The position numbers and the translations under genes are program-made. Shown in pieces: positions 10,877 to 18,834 of a stretch of DNA of 32,000 bases. Source of the DNA: Candidatus Saccharimonadota bacterium (GTDB lineage Bacteria; Pseudomonadota; Alphaproteobacteria; Rickettsiales; Anaplasmataceae); the NCBI RefSeq assembly GCF_013365475.1, contig NZ_CP046579.1, positions 120,001 to 152,000 of the forward strand, written 5' to 3'. The notes under the pieces were generated by a model. The model made no database searches and was not told where the DNA came from. It saw only the letters and a program-made list of their open reading frames with translations. Every line of letters begins with the position of its first letter. The first letter of the stretch is position 1.

Positions 10877-11384
10877 ATGAATAATATAATGCCAAGAAAT
10901 TTCTACGAGCAGCCTACCTTGATTATTGCTGGAGAGTTATTGGGGAAAGTATTAAAACTTGCTAGCTTTTATGGAGTAATCACTGAAGTTGAAGCCTATA
11001 TAGGAATGGATGACCCAGCTTGTCATGCTGTAAAAGGCTATACTAATCGAACCTCAGTAATGTTTGGTCCCCCCTGGGTTTTCATATGTATATCTTATAT
11101 ATGGAATATATTACTGTTTAAATATCGTAACAGAAACGGAAGGATTTCCAGCTGCAGTGTTAATACGAGGATTGAAGCTTATCAAACCGCTTGAGGAAAA
11201 TCTAAATGGGCCAGGAATATTATGTAAAAAATTAAAAATTACAAAAGAACACAATAAAAAAGATCTTACTATAAGCCATGAATTTTGTATCTACGAATCT
11301 CACTTAAAACCAAATTACGTTTGTACTCCAAGAATTGGGATTAGTAAAGGTAAAGAGAAATTTTGGAGATTTAAGAGTTTTTAA
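10877..11384 (+). pseudogene. mpg: DNA-3-methyladenine glycosylase (AAG/Mpg family), split by a +1 frameshift in a C6 run
   Basis: ORF 10877-11194 encodes the N-terminal part (…[34 protein letters not shown]). ORF 11064-11384 encodes the continuation in the +1 frame ([22 protein letters not shown]…AAVLIRG…PRIGISKG). The frames switch at CCCCCC 11069-11074, and removing one C restores a single ~168-aa Mpg. Confidence 0.85.
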
Positions 11385-11429
11385 CTTTGTTGTTAGTATT
11401 AATATCCATATTAATAATATAAAAATATC

Positions 11430-12299
11430 TCAATGGAACTTAATAAGCTTATCTATAGTTTTTGTAATAACTCTCGGAGTATCAGGAGAAACATCTAAGC
11501 TTAACCTACTCAGCTGCTCTACAACAAATTGACTATTTTCATTCTTTACAAAATTATACAAAATATTTTCTATACATTTAGTAAGGTTTTTATATTTCCT
11601 CAAAGGATGATCATGTGGATACTTATTTATAGTTTTTATGCTAAAATACTCAACAAAAGCTCGATCTTTAAAAGCAAGTTGTTCTAGCCTTTTTTTGAGT
11701 TTTACTTCTTCTCCTTGTGTTAGAAAGCAAGACTCTATCAGTAACCCTACAATAGAATTTATAACCAAATGCATTTCAGAGTGGGCTACTATATTAATAG
11801 TATTTTCTTTAACTATACAATCGTACATACCTTTTTCACTTTTTAATGATCTTATAAACATTTTGCTATTTTGTGAATTCAACTCCAAATTTTTTTCATT
11901 CATAGGAGTTATTATGAAGACGTTTTTATTTATTCTAATATTGAATTGTGGAAATCCTTCGAAAAGGGAAAATGCTATATCCTTAGCTTCAAGTTCGTTG
12001 TTATATGCAGAAAAGAGAGCACACGCTATAACACTGCCCGGTATTCTTACTCCATGTTTACTCAAATGATGCAGTATATTTTCAATATCATAATACATGA
12101 AACCTGAGCTTTTTAGCAAATTAACAACCTGTGTGCTGTCACGTTGACTATATTCAATCTTTACTTCTTCTGCAAAAAGCGTTTTTGCTGCTATATATTT
12201 ATCAAGTACTGTGAAAATTTTGATGAAATTTTCTAAATCTCGTTTATTAACCAGCTCGATACTAATTAAATTCTTGTTAAGAATTGAAATATTTCTCAT
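11430..12299 (-). CDS. Hypothetical protein (289 aa), no recognisable domain
   Basis: An uninterrupted ORF of about 290 codons in a stop-rich AT-biased genome. The track start at 12323 is TTG; the first ATG is 12299 (MRNISILNK...). I see no signal peptide or TM helix. It converges on mpg with a 45-nt gap. Confidence 0.7.
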   Translation of the reverse strand: MRNISILNKNLISIELVNKRDLENFIKIFTVLDKYIAAKTLFAEEVKIEYSQRDSTQVVNLLKSSGFMYYDIENILHHLSKHGVRIPGSVIACALFSAYNNELEAKDIAFSLFEGFPQFNIRINKNVFIITPMNEKNLELNSQNSKMFIRSLKSEKGMYDCIVKENTINIVAHSEMHLVINSIVGLLIESCFLTQGEEVKLKKRLEQLAFKDRAFVEYFSIKTINKYPHDHPLRKYKNLTKCIENILYNFVKNENSQFVVEQLSRLSLDVSPDTPRVITKTIDKLIKFH

Positions 12300-12424
12300 A
12301 GCTCTTGCCCACCAAAAACCCAATCTAATAATGAATTATATTTTCAACTCATTAAAAATAGCTTAAGCAAGCATACAAATTTTTTCACTTATGCAATAAG
12401 TAACAATAAAAGTGTAATAATATA

Positions 12425-12793
12425 TTACATAAAATTATCGTCTGGCATAACAGACTCTTCATACTCATAATTGTCACCTGTATATGGTGTAGCATCAATA
12501 TGATTTTTGCTATTATTTATCATATCATCTAACTTTCCTTCTTTCTCAAGATCTGCCAACTTATCATATCCAGCAATATGGTATATATAATTACCATTTT
12601 CATCGTTAATAAAGATCTGCGGAACTGTTTTAACATTGTATTTTGATTTTATACCATCAAACAGATCTAAATTTTCGAGCACATCAATTTCTTTATACTC
12701 TACTCCTTTTTTATCCAGCAGTTCTTTTGCTTTCTTGCAGAACTGGCAGTTCTGCTTCACATATATTACAACTTTTCTTTTAGGATCTTTCAC
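12425..12793 (-). CDS. Glutaredoxin-like protein with C-terminal acidic extension
   Basis: Redox motif CQFC at residues 16-19, TVPQIFI, and an IAGYDKL (GG-like) motif. It uses a GTG start, with GGAG 7 nt upstream (ctcc at 12801-12804), and has no in-frame ATG before the CxxC. About 31 extra residues follow the Grx fold. Confidence 0.8.
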   Translation of the reverse strand: MKDPKRKVVIYVKQNCQFCKKAKELLDKKGVEYKEIDVLENLDLFDGIKSKYNVKTVPQIFINDENGNYIYHIAGYDKLADLEKEGKLDDMINNSKNHIDATPYTGDNYEYEESVMPDDNFM

Positions 12794-12857
12794 AATTTAT
12801 CTCCGTAGTTCATAAAATATAGCTATTATATAAGAAATATTTATAACATCAAGTTAT

Positions 12858-13790
12858 ATGAAAGTTATTTATAACTGTGACCAAGTGACAAAGAGTGATA
12901 TAGCATTAACTTTTGGAAATTTTGATGGCATACATTTAGGACATGAGTTTGTAATTTCTTCTCTAAAAAAGATATCTCAGGAAAGAAAATTGCCATCCGC
13001 AATTTTAACTTTTGAACCTCATACATCAACTGTTTTACTTAACAAAAATAATTTCAGATTAATAAGTCAAGAATATAAAGAAGAACTAATCAGAAGCTAC
13101 AGCATAGATTACTTATATATTATCGATTTTGATGAAGATTTCGCTCAAGTAAATTTTGATGACTTCATTAGTAAAATTTTGATAGATAGATATGGAGCAA
13201 AACATATAGTTGTTGGAGAGAACTGCACTTTCGGTTATAAAAGATTGGGCAATGCATTAACTTTAAGGAAATATTCTGAAATACATGGGTATTCTTTAAC
13301 TAAACTAGCCCCATTAATGATTGATGGAGAACTATGTTCCTCTTCTTTAGTTAGGGAGTGCATACAAAGAGGTAAAATAGAATCTGCTAATAAGTTACTT
13401 GGCAGGGCCTATCAAATTTCTAGTGTTGTGACAAAAGGTGCATACAGAGGTAGGAAAATAGGGTTTCCAACCATAAATATTACAATAGAAGATTGTATGA
13501 TTAAACCAAAGTTTGGTACATATTATGCTAAGGCAGCATTTTCTGACAATAACCCAAATTGGCTATATGGAGTTGTTAACATCGGCATGAGGCCTACATT
13601 TAACGACTTGAAAAAGCCTATAGCAGAAATGCACATATTCGACTTTAATGAGGATGTATATGATCATAAGGTGAATGTACAACTTTTAAAATTTATTAGG
13701 CCAGAAAAAAGATTCCATAGTATTGATGAATTAACAAAACAAATAAATCATGACATACTTGAGGCTTACCAGTTGAAGGCAAATTTATGA
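12858..13790 (+). CDS. ribF: Bifunctional riboflavin kinase / FMN adenylyltransferase
   Basis: N-terminal nucleotidyltransferase motif GNFDGIHLGH. C-terminal riboflavin-kinase motifs GFPTINI, GMRPTF and EMHIFDF. ATGA overlap with lspA. Confidence 0.92.
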   Translation: MKVIYNCDQVTKSDIALTFGNFDGIHLGHEFVISSLKKISQERKLPSAILTFEPHTSTVLLNKNNFRLISQEYKEELIRSYSIDYLYIIDFDEDFAQVNFDDFISKILIDRYGAKHIVVGENCTFGYKRLGNALTLRKYSEIHGYSLTKLAPLMIDGELCSSSLVRECIQRGKIESANKLLGRAYQISSVVTKGAYRGRKIGFPTINITIEDCMIKPKFGTYYAKAAFSDNNPNWLYGVVNIGMRPTFNDLKKPIAEMHIFDFNEDVYDHKVNVQLLKFIRPEKRFHSIDELTKQINHDILEAYQLKANL

Positions 13791-14263
13791 AAAAATTATG
13801 CTTAATTATCATATTAATTATGGTATCATCTGACCAGGTAAGCAAATTGTACATAAATTCATTAATTAACGAAGGAGAGGTAATTGAAGTTACTAGCTTT
13901 ATGAAATTAGTTGAAATATGGAATTCTGGAATTAGTTTTGGAATGTTTAGTACTTTGCCGTATAGCGATTTCTTCTTTTCAATATTTTCAATATCAATAA
14001 TTAGCATACTTACATATTTGATACATAAGTCCAACGATAAGTTAACCTATTTTAGCCTTTCCTTGATGGTTAGTGGAGCAATCGGGAATGTAGCAGACAG
14101 AATCTATTGGGGAGCTGTATATGACTTTATATGTTTTCATGTTGGCAATTGGTACTGGCCAACTTTTAATTTGGCTGACATATATATAACCTGTGGAATG
14201 TTTATATTGTTATATAGATGGTACCTACATGATAGGCTTATTTCCAAACAGAACAATATGTAA
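13787..14263 (+). CDS. lspA: Lipoprotein signal peptidase (signal peptidase II)
   Basis: Motifs NSGISFGMF, GAIGNVADRI and FNLADIYI. Four hydrophobic segments. Confidence 0.9.
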   Translation: MKKLCLIIILIMVSSDQVSKLYINSLINEGEVIEVTSFMKLVEIWNSGISFGMFSTLPYSDFFFSIFSISIISILTYLIHKSNDKLTYFSLSLMVSGAIGNVADRIYWGAVYDFICFHVGNWYWPTFNLADIYITCGMFILLYRWYLHDRLISKQNNM

Positions 14264-14298
14264 AATACTCTTATGTTCAATCTATTAGGTTTAGAATA

Positions 14299-15639
14299 AT
14301 GCTTCACAAGATTTTTAGCTTATTTGTATTATCTATGTTTTTTTTCCACTACTCAGCCCCATTAAAGGCTTCAAATATAGAATACAGCCTAAAATATACT
14401 AAGCTAAGTAATGGATTAGATATCTATTTTGTACCTTATCATCGAACTCCAGCTGTATTACATGCAGTAATATATAAAGTTGGAGGGATTGATGATCCAA
14501 TCGGTAAAGCAGGATTAGCACATTACTTTGAACATTTGATGTTTGAAACCACAGGAAAATTTAAAGATATAAAATCAATCATGAGCAGCATTGGAGCGCA
14601 ATTTAATGCATTTACTACCAGGGAATACACATGTTACTATGAATTAGCTTTTAGAAAAGATTTACCATTAATAATGGAAGTTGAAGCAGATAGAATGGAT
14701 AATTTTAACGTTACTCAAGATAAAATAGATAGAGAAAAAAATATTGTATTAGAAGAAAGGAAAATGAGATTTGATAATCATCCTAACAACTTATTGTTGG
14801 AAGAAATGAACAGTGCATTTTACCGTGCCGGTTATGGTAAATCTATTATTGGATGGGAGAGTGATATAAAAACTTACAATAGAAACGACATACTAAGGTT
14901 TCACAACAATTATTACCACCCAAATAATGCAATACTGATGGTTGTTGGAGATGCAGAATTTGACGAAGTAGTTAGATTGGCAAAAGAAAAATATGGGAAA
15001 ATTAAAGCTAAGCCTGTAATTAGATATTACCCAAATCAAGATCAAGTACATAGCGCAGATTTATCGGTAACTTTAGAAAGTACTGAAGTGAAAGAACCTA
15101 TTTTGTACTTTCGCTATCATGTTCCCTTATTTAAGAAAATAGATGAAATTTTTACTGTTGATTTAGCAGTTAACATTCTAGGAGGAGGGAAGTCCAGTAA
15201 GCTATATGAAGATCTAGTTTTAAATAAAGGCATTGCAATTTCAGTAAATGCATACTATAATGGTTTAGTTTTCGGGGATGGTTACGTTGACATTGAAATA
15301 ATTCCAAAAAATGGGATGAAGTTAGACCTCATCGAAAGAGAGCTAGCTAATGCTATTAGCAGTTTTATTTCTGAAGGTATAACAAATGAAGAACTACAAA
15401 GTGCAAAATTTAAATACAAATCAGCACAATTCGATAAGCTATCCGACTTAACTAATATAGCAATGTTTTACATACCACATCTAGCACTTGGCATTCCACT
15501 TAATGAAATAGACATCTCATGCAGCAAAATTAAAGATGTTGATTTAGACGACATAAATAGCAAAGTTCGGACTATTTTTTCTGGTAATAAACTAATTGGT
15601 CGTTTGCTCTCAAAAGAGGGTTATAATGAAAATAAGTAA
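14299..15639 (+). CDS. M16 (pitrilysin) family zinc peptidase, catalytically competent subunit
   Basis: Inverted zinc motif HYFEH at 14521-14535 (H75-H79) followed by LMFE. The N-terminal hydrophobic signal-like sequence is MLHKIFSLFVLSMFFF...KAS. Confidence 0.88.
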   Translation: MLHKIFSLFVLSMFFFHYSAPLKASNIEYSLKYTKLSNGLDIYFVPYHRTPAVLHAVIYKVGGIDDPIGKAGLAHYFEHLMFETTGKFKDIKSIMSSIGAQFNAFTTREYTCYYELAFRKDLPLIMEVEADRMDNFNVTQDKIDREKNIVLEERKMRFDNHPNNLLLEEMNSAFYRAGYGKSIIGWESDIKTYNRNDILRFHNNYYHPNNAILMVVGDAEFDEVVRLAKEKYGKIKAKPVIRYYPNQDQVHSADLSVTLESTEVKEPILYFRYHVPLFKKIDEIFTVDLAVNILGGGKSSKLYEDLVLNKGIAISVNAYYNGLVFGDGYVDIEIIPKNGMKLDLIERELANAISSFISEGITNEELQSAKFKYKSAQFDKLSDLTNIAMFYIPHLALGIPLNEIDISCSKIKDVDLDDINSKVRTIFSGNKLIGRLLSKEGYNENK

Positions 15640-16936
15640 ATTTATATTTCTACTTTTTTTCTATCTAGGTTTTAATTTACAAGCAAGCGGTAGCATAAAT
15701 ATAGAAGAAGTTACTACTTATAAAGGACTTAAGTTTTTATTTGTCAAAAATTGTGATTTACCAAAGGTTTCGTTAAGTATATCATTTAAGGATGCAGGTT
15801 ATGCATATGAGGATGCAGGAAAATATGGGCTAACTTGGTTCACTTCTCTCGTGATTCAAGAAGGAGCAGGGAAAAATGATTCTAAAGATTTCGCGAGAAA
15901 GCTTGAAAATAAAGGAATAAACTTAAGTTTTAGCACCAGCTTAGAAGCATTTAAAGTTTCGTTAAACACCTTATCTGAAAACTTAGAAGATGCAATTTCA
16001 TTGCTCAGTGATGCTATAACGAACCCTAGAGTCGATCACGCAGGATTAAATAGAATTTTTGAGAAAGCTAAAATCAACTTCAACAATCTCGAAAAAAATC
16101 CTTACTTTATTGCTACTAAAAAACTGGATATGCTCTTATTTAAAAATCACCCTTATTCAAAAAGTGAATATGGAACTTTTAATACTATAATGAGTATTAC
16201 TAGAGATGATATTTTAACATATACAAAGCATAACCTCACTAAAGATAACATAGTTATCAGTGTTGTTGGTTGTACAAAAAGAGAAGAAATTTGTGCATTA
16301 CTTGATAAATATTTATCCAAGCTACCAACAAAAAGGCTGAAAGTTAAAAAGATACCTGTAAAAAGTGATTTCGATTCTACAGAAAGTGAGAACATTTTTA
16401 TGGATATACCACAGAGTGTAATACTCTTTGCTCAAAAAGGGATAGCTTATGAAGATCCTGATTATTATAAAGCTGTCATCTTAATTAATGCTCTTGGTGG
16501 TATTGGGCTAAATTCAGTTATGATGAAAGAGTTAAGGCAAAACCTAGGTATTACATACAATGTTAATATGAGCATTGTGTCCAATAAACATGGAAATGTT
16601 ATATCTGGGTTTATAAGCACTGATAGTTCTACTGCCAGTAAAGCTATATCAGTAGTGAAAGACATACTGAGCAGAACAAAAAAGCAAGGAATTGATAAAC
16701 AGTTATTCGAGGATATAAAAGCTAGTCTAATAAACAACTTCGCTTTCCTCTTATCCAATAACACAAAGATATCTATACTGCTTGATAGCATGCAAATAAA
16801 TGGTCGTAATATTAATTACATAAACAATTATGCAAATATCATTAATGAAGTTAAATTAGAAGAAGTAAATAAATTAGCAAGTTCTTTACTGGATCCTAAA
16901 AATTTGTTTTTTGTAAAAGTTGGGAGAAGTATTTAA
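15626..16936 (+). CDS. M16 family peptidase-like protein, non-catalytic subunit (zinc motif lost)
   Basis: Same length class and fold-level similarity to the upstream M16 gene. At the aligned position (GLTWFTSLVIQE versus GLAHYFEHLMFE) all HxxEH residues are replaced. The signal-like N-terminus is MKISKFIFLLFFYLGFNLQASG. I use ATG 15626, preceded by AAGAGGG; the track TTG at 15596 is probably an over-extension. It overlaps the upstream gene by 14 nt. Confidence 0.82.
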   Translation: MKISKFIFLLFFYLGFNLQASGSINIEEVTTYKGLKFLFVKNCDLPKVSLSISFKDAGYAYEDAGKYGLTWFTSLVIQEGAGKNDSKDFARKLENKGINLSFSTSLEAFKVSLNTLSENLEDAISLLSDAITNPRVDHAGLNRIFEKAKINFNNLEKNPYFIATKKLDMLLFKNHPYSKSEYGTFNTIMSITRDDILTYTKHNLTKDNIVISVVGCTKREEICALLDKYLSKLPTKRLKVKKIPVKSDFDSTESENIFMDIPQSVILFAQKGIAYEDPDYYKAVILINALGGIGLNSVMMKELRQNLGITYNVNMSIVSNKHGNVISGFISTDSSTASKAISVVKDILSRTKKQGIDKQLFEDIKASLINNFAFLLSNNTKISILLDSMQINGRNINYINNYANIINEVKLEEVNKLASSLLDPKNLFFVKVGRSI

Positions 16937-16938
16937 GG

Positions 16939-17505
16939 TTAACAGTTCATGTTTTCTGCTACTAACCTTACCGCTTCCACGTAGCATTTATGCTCTTCAG
17001 CTAGGATGCGTCCCGAGAGGCTTACAACGTTATCATTTGGTAGCACTGGCACAGCAGTTTGAGCGATTATAGCTCCAGAATCAACCTCAGGAGTAACATA
17101 ATGTACAGTACAACCTGTGATTTTAACACCTGCCTTCAGAGCTTGCTCTTGAGCATTTAAGCCCTTAAAAGATGGAAGCAAAGAAGGATGAATATTTATA
17201 ACCTTGTTATACCATTTATTTAAGAAGTCAGGTTTTAAAATCCTCGTAAACCCAGCAAGGCAAATTAAATCAACTTTATGTTGTATAAGTATTTTATGAA
17301 TTTTATCAATGTCAAGTGGTTTATTCTTAACAAGAAATGATGAGATTCCTACTTGCTTTGCTATTTTTAGGCCACCTGCACTATCGTTATTTGCAATAAT
17401 ACATACAACTTCTGCAGGAAAATTTCGATCTTGGCTTGCTCTTATTATGGCTTGCATATTAGATCCCCTACCGGAAATTAGTATTCCGAGTTTTATTTTT
17501 TTCAT
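16939..17505 (-). CDS. purN: Phosphoribosylglycinamide formyltransferase
   Basis: Motifs ILISGRGSNMQAI, NIHPSLLPSFKG and GCTVHYVTPEVDSGAII. Confidence 0.92.
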   Translation of the reverse strand: MKKIKLGILISGRGSNMQAIIRASQDRNFPAEVVCIIANNDSAGGLKIAKQVGISSFLVKNKPLDIDKIHKILIQHKVDLICLAGFTRILKPDFLNKWYNKVINIHPSLLPSFKGLNAQEQALKAGVKITGCTVHYVTPEVDSGAIIAQTAVPVLPNDNVVSLSGRILAEEHKCYVEAVRLVAENMNC

Positions 17506-17946
17506 TATAATAAACTAGCTCAGCATTCATGTAATAACTAATATTAATAAGATAGCTAATATTATCAAACTTATTTTACATAAAACAGAACATATTGCTG
17601 TTACTTTTTAATAAAGCACACTACAATCTATTAGTGGGTCAAAATTAAAAGAATAAATTAACACATATATAACACAAAAATGAGCAAATCTCATGGTCCT
17701 TACTAAAAACGATGAAAAATACCGTGAAGGTAATAGCTTGTTCTTCAAGATAGCAACCTATTTCTATTATTAGAATAGCTCAACTGTAGGATTTTTATAT
17801 AAGTAAAAAGCTTGAAATCAATACATCTTAATAAGAGTAAACGAATGAATGGAGATATATTTTTAAATAAGTCTGTTACTATTGAGATTATAGAAGATAC
17901 ACTCCATACAAATTTAATTAGTTAAGAAAAAAACAACATACTCATC

Positions 17947-17975
17947 TAGGCCTAAAAGGCCTATGTTATTTTAAC
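17947..17975. terminator. Candidate intrinsic terminator hairpin downstream of mnhE (possibly bidirectional)
   Basis: TAGGCC (17947-17952), loop TAAAA, GGCCTA (17958-17963), then TGTTATTTTA on the + strand. On the - strand the hairpin lies about 90 nt after the mnhE stop, and a T7 run follows after 13 nt. The stem is short, with 4 GC pairs. Confidence 0.3.
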
Positions 17976-18053
17976 AGGCTAATGCTCAAAAGAAAGCTTG
18001 AAAGCCTACTAAGAGAGTAGATTACCCTAAAATATTTTAGGATAATTGCTTAA

Positions 18054-18569
18054 CTAAACAAGCACCTTTAAAACTTTATTTTCCATTTGAGAAACATCAC
18101 TTTTAAGGCTTTCATCCATCCAACACATAGTACATATGTATATTTTTCGCCTTTTTATAACATCAATAGTTAAAGTACCAGGAGTTATTGTAACTGAATT
18201 TGCAAATAACGCAATGCTTTTATCATTATGCCCTTCATATTTTTTTATGATGACGATTGGCTTAAGCTCAAGTCTAGCCTGTAAAGCCTTTCTTGTTACA
18301 TAAATGCTTGATAAGATAACTTGACATACTAGCCATGGTATATAATTTACTAATAATTTGTAAAATGATAACTTCCCCGTATCATTCAAAATCTTATTAA
18401 AGGTACTTTCAGCATTCATTAGTCGTTTAAAAATGAATAACACGGATATAGAAGAAAATACCCCATAAAGAATGGAAAAAGGTTCAGAGTAGCCAGATAA
18501 CATAGCCCACAGAGAAAACAAAACTATAAATGACAGAGAAGAGAACTTGATTTCTTGCTTAAAATCCAT
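18054..18569 (-). CDS. mnhE: Monovalent cation/H+ antiporter (Mrp/Mnh) subunit E
   Basis: 171-aa protein with two N-terminal TM helices and the MnhE-like core ...NSVTITPGTLTIDV.... Its size and topology fit subunit E. Confidence 0.7.
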   Translation of the reverse strand: MDFKQEIKFSSLSFIVLFSLWAMLSGYSEPFSILYGVFSSISVLFIFKRLMNAESTFNKILNDTGKLSFYKLLVNYIPWLVCQVILSSIYVTRKALQARLELKPIVIIKKYEGHNDKSIALFANSVTITPGTLTIDVIKRRKIYICTMCWMDESLKSDVSQMENKVLKVLV

Positions 18570-18834
18570 AACTTGCAGTATAACTTAAATTATCTCTTCA
18601 AGGAAGACATAGCCTTTATAACTTACATATTATAAAAACCTAACTTAGGACATAGAAAGAAACTAAGACCTGCAATAAATCGTTATTGCACTCTAGCATA
18701 CTAAAAATTAAAACAGCAGTAGCCTAGTGCAATGTAAACCTCCAACTGAAGTACTACCTCTCACTTCTCCAAGCAGAGGTCACTCAATTTTTACAAATTT
18801 ACTGTAGATTAGGATAATTAGATCTGGAACGAAA

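Noticed and set aside
11397-11416. A 9-bp all-A/T inverted repeat, TATTAATAT-cc-ATATTAATA, between the convergent mpg and hypothetical genes. It could be a bidirectional terminator.
   Set aside because: The stem has no G-C pairs and only a 2-nt centre, and it lacks a proper U-run. Such a repeat is expected by chance in AT-rich DNA.
18671-18690. An 8-bp perfect inverted repeat, TGCAATAA-atcg-TTATTGCA, in the mnhE / TerC-family divergent spacer.
   Set aside because: By my rough estimate, AT-rich 8-bp inverted repeats with short loops are expected many times by chance in 32 kb at this composition. Nothing else supports it.
18570-18834. I looked for a yybP-ykoY (Mn2+) riboswitch upstream of the TerC-family gene. 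GACATAGAAAG...CTAAGACCT (about 18651-18671) vaguely resembles the 3' half of that motif.
   Set aside because: The conserved 5' half (GGAGAGUAG-type element) and a complementary P1 strand are absent, so this is not a credible riboswitch by eye. An Infernal scan would settle it.
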